Shown piece by piece: positions 59,748-64,000 of a stretch of DNA of 64,000 nt. A program made the translations under genes and the position numbers. Origin of the DNA: an uncultured Actinomycetota bacterium. Lineage in GTDB: Bacteria > Actinomycetota > Actinomycetes > Mycobacteriales > Mycobacteriaceae. Position 1 is the stretch's first letter; each line of letters opens with the position of its first letter. The notes under the pieces were generated by a model, which saw nothing but the letters and a program-made list of their open reading frames with translations, searched no databases and was not told where the DNA came from. The stretch is from contig CAWCMF010000026.1 in the NCBI GenBank assembly GCA_963796545.1, forward strand, positions 135,209 to 199,208, read 5' to 3'.

Positions 59748-60472
59748 TCCACCGCGGGCCGGGTGGGCGCGGGCCGCTCGTCCGCCGGAGGCATCGGAGC
59801 GGCGCCGGTGCTGGTGGGTGTCCCCGGTGCCGCGGAATCTTCGACATCGTCCGGCGGCGCCTGCTCCTTCGGGTCCCGCTCCGGCGAGCGCTCATCGGCG
59901 GCGCTGTCCTCGGGTGTGCCCGAATCCGCAACCCCCACCTTGTCCGATCCATTTGCACTGGAAGCAGTTTGGGTCATCTGCTGAATGCCCTGCATGATCT
60001 GCTGAGGAAGCTGCTGCAGTGGTTGGGCGAGCGCGGCCAACGGTGCAGCGAGCTGCTGACCCACCTGTCCGAGCTGACCCAGCTGGCCCACTGCCTGTCC
60101 CGACGCGTCTGCCCCACCGCCCCCGGGTGAGGCACTGCCGACCGAACCCTCGCCTCGCGCGAGCGCATCGGCAGCCGCGCGAATCGCGTCACCGCCTTGT
60201 TGATCACCGCGCTCGTACGCCAGGGCCGACTGGTGCAGCAGTTCAGAAATGGCGCTGCCGGTCGACTGTGCGGTTGCGATGGTTCCCGCCCGGCTGCCGA
60301 GTGCCCCGGTCAGCGCGGTGCCGACAGCAGAGGCGATGGTGCCGTGCGATCCCGCGACATCCGCAGCGCCGGGGGATGACTCGGCCAGCGCACCGAGGCC
60401 TGAGGCGACGTCGGCGTGGATGCCGCCAAGGGATTGCACGTCGGCGGGGTTCACCTGCAACGGCTCGGACAT
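59744..60472 (-). CDS. ESX-associated EspC/EspF-like protein (Rv1203c-like)
   Basis: LQVNPADV...H...SHG...L..SALAYERGD T7S-target pattern, with a low-complexity tail. Confidence 0.7.
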   Translation of the reverse strand: MSEPLQVNPADVQSLGGIHADVASGLGALAESSPGAADVAGSHGTIASAVGTALTGALGSRAGTIATAQSTGSAISELLHQSALAYERGDQQGGDAIRAAADALARGEGSVGSASPGGGGADASGQAVGQLGQLGQVGQQLAAPLAALAQPLQQLPQQIMQGIQQMTQTASSANGSDKVGVADSGTPEDSAADERSPERDPKEQAPPDDVEDSAAPGTPTSTGAAPMPPADERPAPTRPAVD

Positions 60473-60522
60473 GGACACCTCCAGGATCGCTGGATCCGAT
60501 TCTAGGGGCCCGGTTCAGCCCC

Positions 60523-62546
60523 TCAGGGCGGCAATCCGTTCCGGGTCAGGGCGTCCTCACGGGCGTCGGCGAGCGCCGCATGGCCGAACGCGCAGTCGAC
60601 CTCGCGGCACAACCGGGCCAGTGTGTCCACCGCCCGCGGATCGCCAAGGCGGACCCCGTCGACCGAGGCCCTCAGCGCGACAGCCATCTGTCCACCGCGC
60701 TCGGCGGCCTTGACCGCTTCCCGCGAGGCCGCGACGGCGCCGTGCGGGTCGTGGCGGGCCGCCATCGTCCACGCGCGGGCCAGTGCGAACTCCGGCGCGA
60801 ACAGCATCGACTTGAGCCCGTGCCGGGATTCCGCGCGCGACAACGCTTTCCCTGCCTCGACGGTGTGTCCGAGCCGGCCCAGCGCCTGCGCCAGCAGCAT
60901 CGACGCCAGCGGCCCCCAGGAGTATCCCGTCGGCGCGAGCATCGATACGGCCTCGCGCAGCAGCGCCACCGCGCGCGGCAGATCACCGGTTGCGATCAGC
61001 GCGTCAGCGACCAGCACTTCACCGATGGCACGTCCCGGCTGACGGCGCTGCGCGAAATCGGCGAGCCGCTGCGCGGATTCGAGCGCCTTCTCCGGCTCAC
61101 CGGTCATCAACAGTGTCGTCGTCTGGCCGAAGCCGCTGGTGAATCGCAACAGACCCGGTTGGCCTGCGGACAGAGCCCGCTCAGCCAGCGCGTCGACATC
61201 GGAGAACCGGCCCATGCGTGCCGCGCTGAGTGCCGCCGCCGACGCCGCCCAGCCGACGGCGGTGTCGTCGGCATCCGGGGACCCCAGCACCTCGTCGGCG
61301 AGTTCGGTTGCCCGGACCAGATTTCCGGCATTCATCGTGAACGTGGCCGACAGCGCGTCCAACGTGATGCGGGCCGACGGCGAGGACACCTTCCCCCGGG
61401 TGGCGCGCAGGAACGCTGTCGCACGCTCGGGCTCGGAGAGCATCCAGAACTGGTTGGCGGCAGTGGGCAGCGCCCACGCCATCAACTCGTCTTCGGTCAA
61501 CGACGCGGGATCGATTTCCGCGAGCACCGCGTCGGCCTCGCGTCCCCTGCCCTGCCAGGCGAGCGCGTAACCCACGGTCAGACGGGCGCTCATGTCCGGC
61601 CCCTGGTCGCAGGGCGGCGTGGCCCAGGCGCTCGCTGAGTTCCAGGTCGCCCAGCCGCAGCGCGTCGCGGGCGGCAGCACACGTCTGGTCGACCGACTGC
61701 GGACGATCGCTGCCGATGGCCAACGACGCCAGCCGCAGCCTCCCGACGACGCCGAGGCTTTTCTCCGCGGTGCGCTCGACCATCGCGGTGCGCAGCCTGC
61801 GCAGATCCGGCCCACCCAACGCGTCCCGGATCGCGTCGAGGAACAGCGGATGCGCCGGACGCAGTTCGTCGTCCTCCTCGACGACCGCGCCGCCCTGCAG
61901 CGCCTCCTGCACCGCATCGGCACCCGCAAGGGCCTCCGCGTCAGTGCGGGCCAACGGATCGGACACCGACAGGAACTCGAGCACCCGGTGTGCGCGAGGG
62001 GGAGGTCACGACGAACTCGGCGACCTGCGCCCGCAGCCGAGCGTCGTCGTGGCCGGGCGGCTGCAGGTCGATCCGCGTCACCAACTCGTCCTGCCACAGG
62101 GCGGTGATCTCGGCGGGCAACGGAGCGTCGCCGACCGACGCCGTGACCAGGAGCCGCACTGCGCGCTCGATCGCCAGTTGGTAGACGAGCGCCGCCGACA
62201 GAGGGTCCAGCAGGTGTGCATCGTCGACGACCAGCAGACGGCCGTCGCCGATCACCTCCCGGGCCGCCCGCAGAACCGTTGTCGTGCTGCCCGTCTCGGG
62301 GATGTCGAGGAGATGTTCGAACGCGGCGAACGGAACGGCCTGCCGCGACGCCGTGGCGCGCACCCAGCTGACACGCGGGAAAGCGGCGCCGAGGCGTTCG
62401 GCGGCCAGGCGCGCCAACGTCGTCTTCCCGACACCCGCAGGACCGATCAGCACGGCGCCAGCGCACGTGCGTACCCCGTGTTCAAGCTGGTCGAGGGTAG
62501 GTTCTGGCGGTGCAGTCACCCATTCGAGAGACCGAGGCGGAGGCAC
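60523..62546 (-). CDS. AAA ATPase / LAL-like protein without HTH (Rv1204c-like), two frameshifts
   Basis: GPAGVGKTT, VVDDAHLLD, HPLF, followed by a TPR-like helical region. Confidence 0.8.
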
Positions 62547-62577
62547 AAGCCGGAGTCTATGTGGCTAGGTTATCGGT

Positions 62578-63123
62578 GTGTCCCGAGATCCAGATCGAGA
62601 GTGGGCTGTCTGCGTCTACTGCGCGTCGGGCCCGGTACACCCCGAGTTGCTTGAGCTGGCCCGCACAGTGGGCAAGGGCATCGCCGACAAGGGCTGGACC
62701 CTGGTGTCGGGAGGCGGCAACGTCTCGGCGATGGGTGCCGTGGCGGCGGCCGCGCGCTCGCACGGCGGCTACACCGTCGGGGTGATTCCCAAGGCGCTCG
62801 TGCACCGCGAAGTCGCCGACACCGAAGCTGACGAACTCGTCGTCACCGACACGATGCGGGAACGCAAACAGGTGATGGAGGACCGCGCGGACGCGTTCAT
62901 CGCGCTGCCCGGCGGCATCGGGACGCTCGAAGAATTCTTCGAAGCCTGGACAGCCGGTTATTTGGGTATGCACACCAAGCCGATCGTGATGCTCGATCCC
63001 TTCGGGCACTACGACGGCCTGCTGGCCTGGTTGCGCGGGCTGGTCGGAACCGGCTACGTCGCCGAGGACGCGTTGCGAAGGCTTGCCGTCGTCGACGATG
63101 TCGATGCCGCTCTGGCCGCGTGA
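62578..63123 (+). CDS. log: LOG family phosphoribohydrolase (Rv1205-like)
   Basis: VSGGG..MG, MRERK, PGGIGTLEE. Confidence 0.92.
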   Translation: MSRDPDREWAVCVYCASGPVHPELLELARTVGKGIADKGWTLVSGGGNVSAMGAVAAAARSHGGYTVGVIPKALVHREVADTEADELVVTDTMRERKQVMEDRADAFIALPGGIGTLEEFFEAWTAGYLGMHTKPIVMLDPFGHYDGLLAWLRGLVGTGYVAEDALRRLAVVDDVDAALAA

Positions 63124-63137
63124 CCGACCCGGCTAGG

Positions 63138-63179
63138 GTGACCGACAAACCGACAGCGGAGGAAGAGCGGCGCACATGA
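63138..63179 (+). repeat. MIRU-like mini-ORF coupled to fadD6
   Basis: GTG...GAGGAAGAGCGGCGCACATGA, 13 codons. Its TGA overlaps the fadD6 ATG. Confidence 0.6.
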
Positions 63180-64000
63180 GCAACAAGTCGGGGATCCGCG
63201 GAAGCGTTGGGCTGCTTGATATCGCCGGCCAGGTGCCGGGTCTGCTCAGGGACACTCCGACGATCGTGCGCGGCGTCGTGACCGGCTTCGGCGCCCGACC
63301 CACCTCCAAGACGTCGATCGGCAAGGTCTTCCAGGAACGCGCCGCGCGACACGCCGACAGCGTGTTCATCAAATTCGGTGACGAGGCGATCACCTACCGC
63401 GAGGCCAACGAAACCGTCAATCGCTACGCGGCGGTGCTGGCCGCCAAGGGTGTCGGCCACGGCGACGTCGTCGGCATCATGCTGCGCAACTCCGTCGACC
63501 CGGTGCTGCTCATGCTGGCGGTCGTCAAGTGCGGCGCGATCTCGGGAATGCTGAATTACAACCAGCGTGACGAGGTGCTCAAGCACAGCATCGGGCTGCT
63601 GTCCGCGTCGGTCGTCGTCGCCGCGTCGGAATTCGTCGAACCCATCACCGAATCCGGCGCTGATACCGACGGGCTTGTCACGCTCGACGAACTCAAGCAA
63701 CTCGCGGAAACCGCTCCGACGACCAACCCCGCGACCGCCTCGGCCGTGCTGGCCAAGGACAAGGCTTTCTACATATTCACGTCGGGCACCACCGGGATGC
63801 CGAAGGCCAGCGTGATGACGCACTACCGCTGGCTACGCGCGCTGGCCGGCTTCGGCGGCCTCGGGATGCGCTTGAACAACAGCGACACCCTGTATTGCTG
63901 CCTGCCGCTGTACCACAACAACGCGCTGACGGTCGCGCTGTCCTCGGTGCTCAACTCAGGGGCGACGCTGGCGCTGGGCAAGTCTTTCTCGGCGTCGAAG
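63176..64000 (+). CDS. fadD6: Long-chain acyl-CoA synthetase (runs off the window; not in ORF track)
   Basis: Hand translation MSNKSGIRGSVGLLDIA...YIFTSGTTGMPKAS...CLPLYHNNA. Confidence 0.92.
   Translation, partial: MSNKSGIRGSVGLLDIAGQVPGLLRDTPTIVRGVVTGFGARPTSKTSIGKVFQERAARHADSVFIKFGDEAITYREANETVNRYAAVLAAKGVGHGDVVGIMLRNSVDPVLLMLAVVKCGAISGMLNYNQRDEVLKHSIGLLSASVVVAASEFVEPITESGADTDGLVTLDELKQLAETAPTTNPATASAVLAKDKAFYIFTSGTTGMPKASVMTHYRWLRALAGFGGLGMRLNNSDTLYCCLPLYHNNALTVALSSVLNSGATLALGKSFSASK

Overview
High-GC actinobacterial chromosome segment, almost certainly a fast-growing Mycobacteriaceae (Mycolicibacterium-like). Gene order follows the M. tuberculosis Rv1145-Rv1206 interval: mmpL13, cobB, omt, Rv1155, Rv1156, pimE, phhB, mutT2, typA, lpqW, mshB, fbiC, ferredoxin, dapC, fadD36, dapD, dapE, LOG, fadD6. 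All Rv/MSMEG assignments are from recognised sequence and synteny, not from searches. At least ten genes, several of them housekeeping, are broken by single-base frameshifts, which are most likely assembly errors. Most notable: (1) a ~4.5 kb decayed serine-integrase island inside the HhH-GPD (Rv1156-like) gene. It leaves the host 5' stub translationally coupled to the integrase, supplies a replacement promoter and divergent N-terminus that restore the target gene, and carries a TetR-controlled small-protein cassette (CsbD, DUF1206). (2) A LytS/LytTR system co-encoded with a second solute symporter (possible co-sensor), with AlgR-like and CRP-like boxes upstream of the yjcH-actP target operon. 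(3) A leaderless MLSS uORF attenuator before an ABC-F gene. (4) Palindromic repeats inserted in frame into dapC, dapD and a VanY-like gene. (5) Accessory debris where narGHJI lies in M. tuberculosis. (6) Several small proteins missing from the ORF track. No rRNA, tRNA or CRISPR array was seen.
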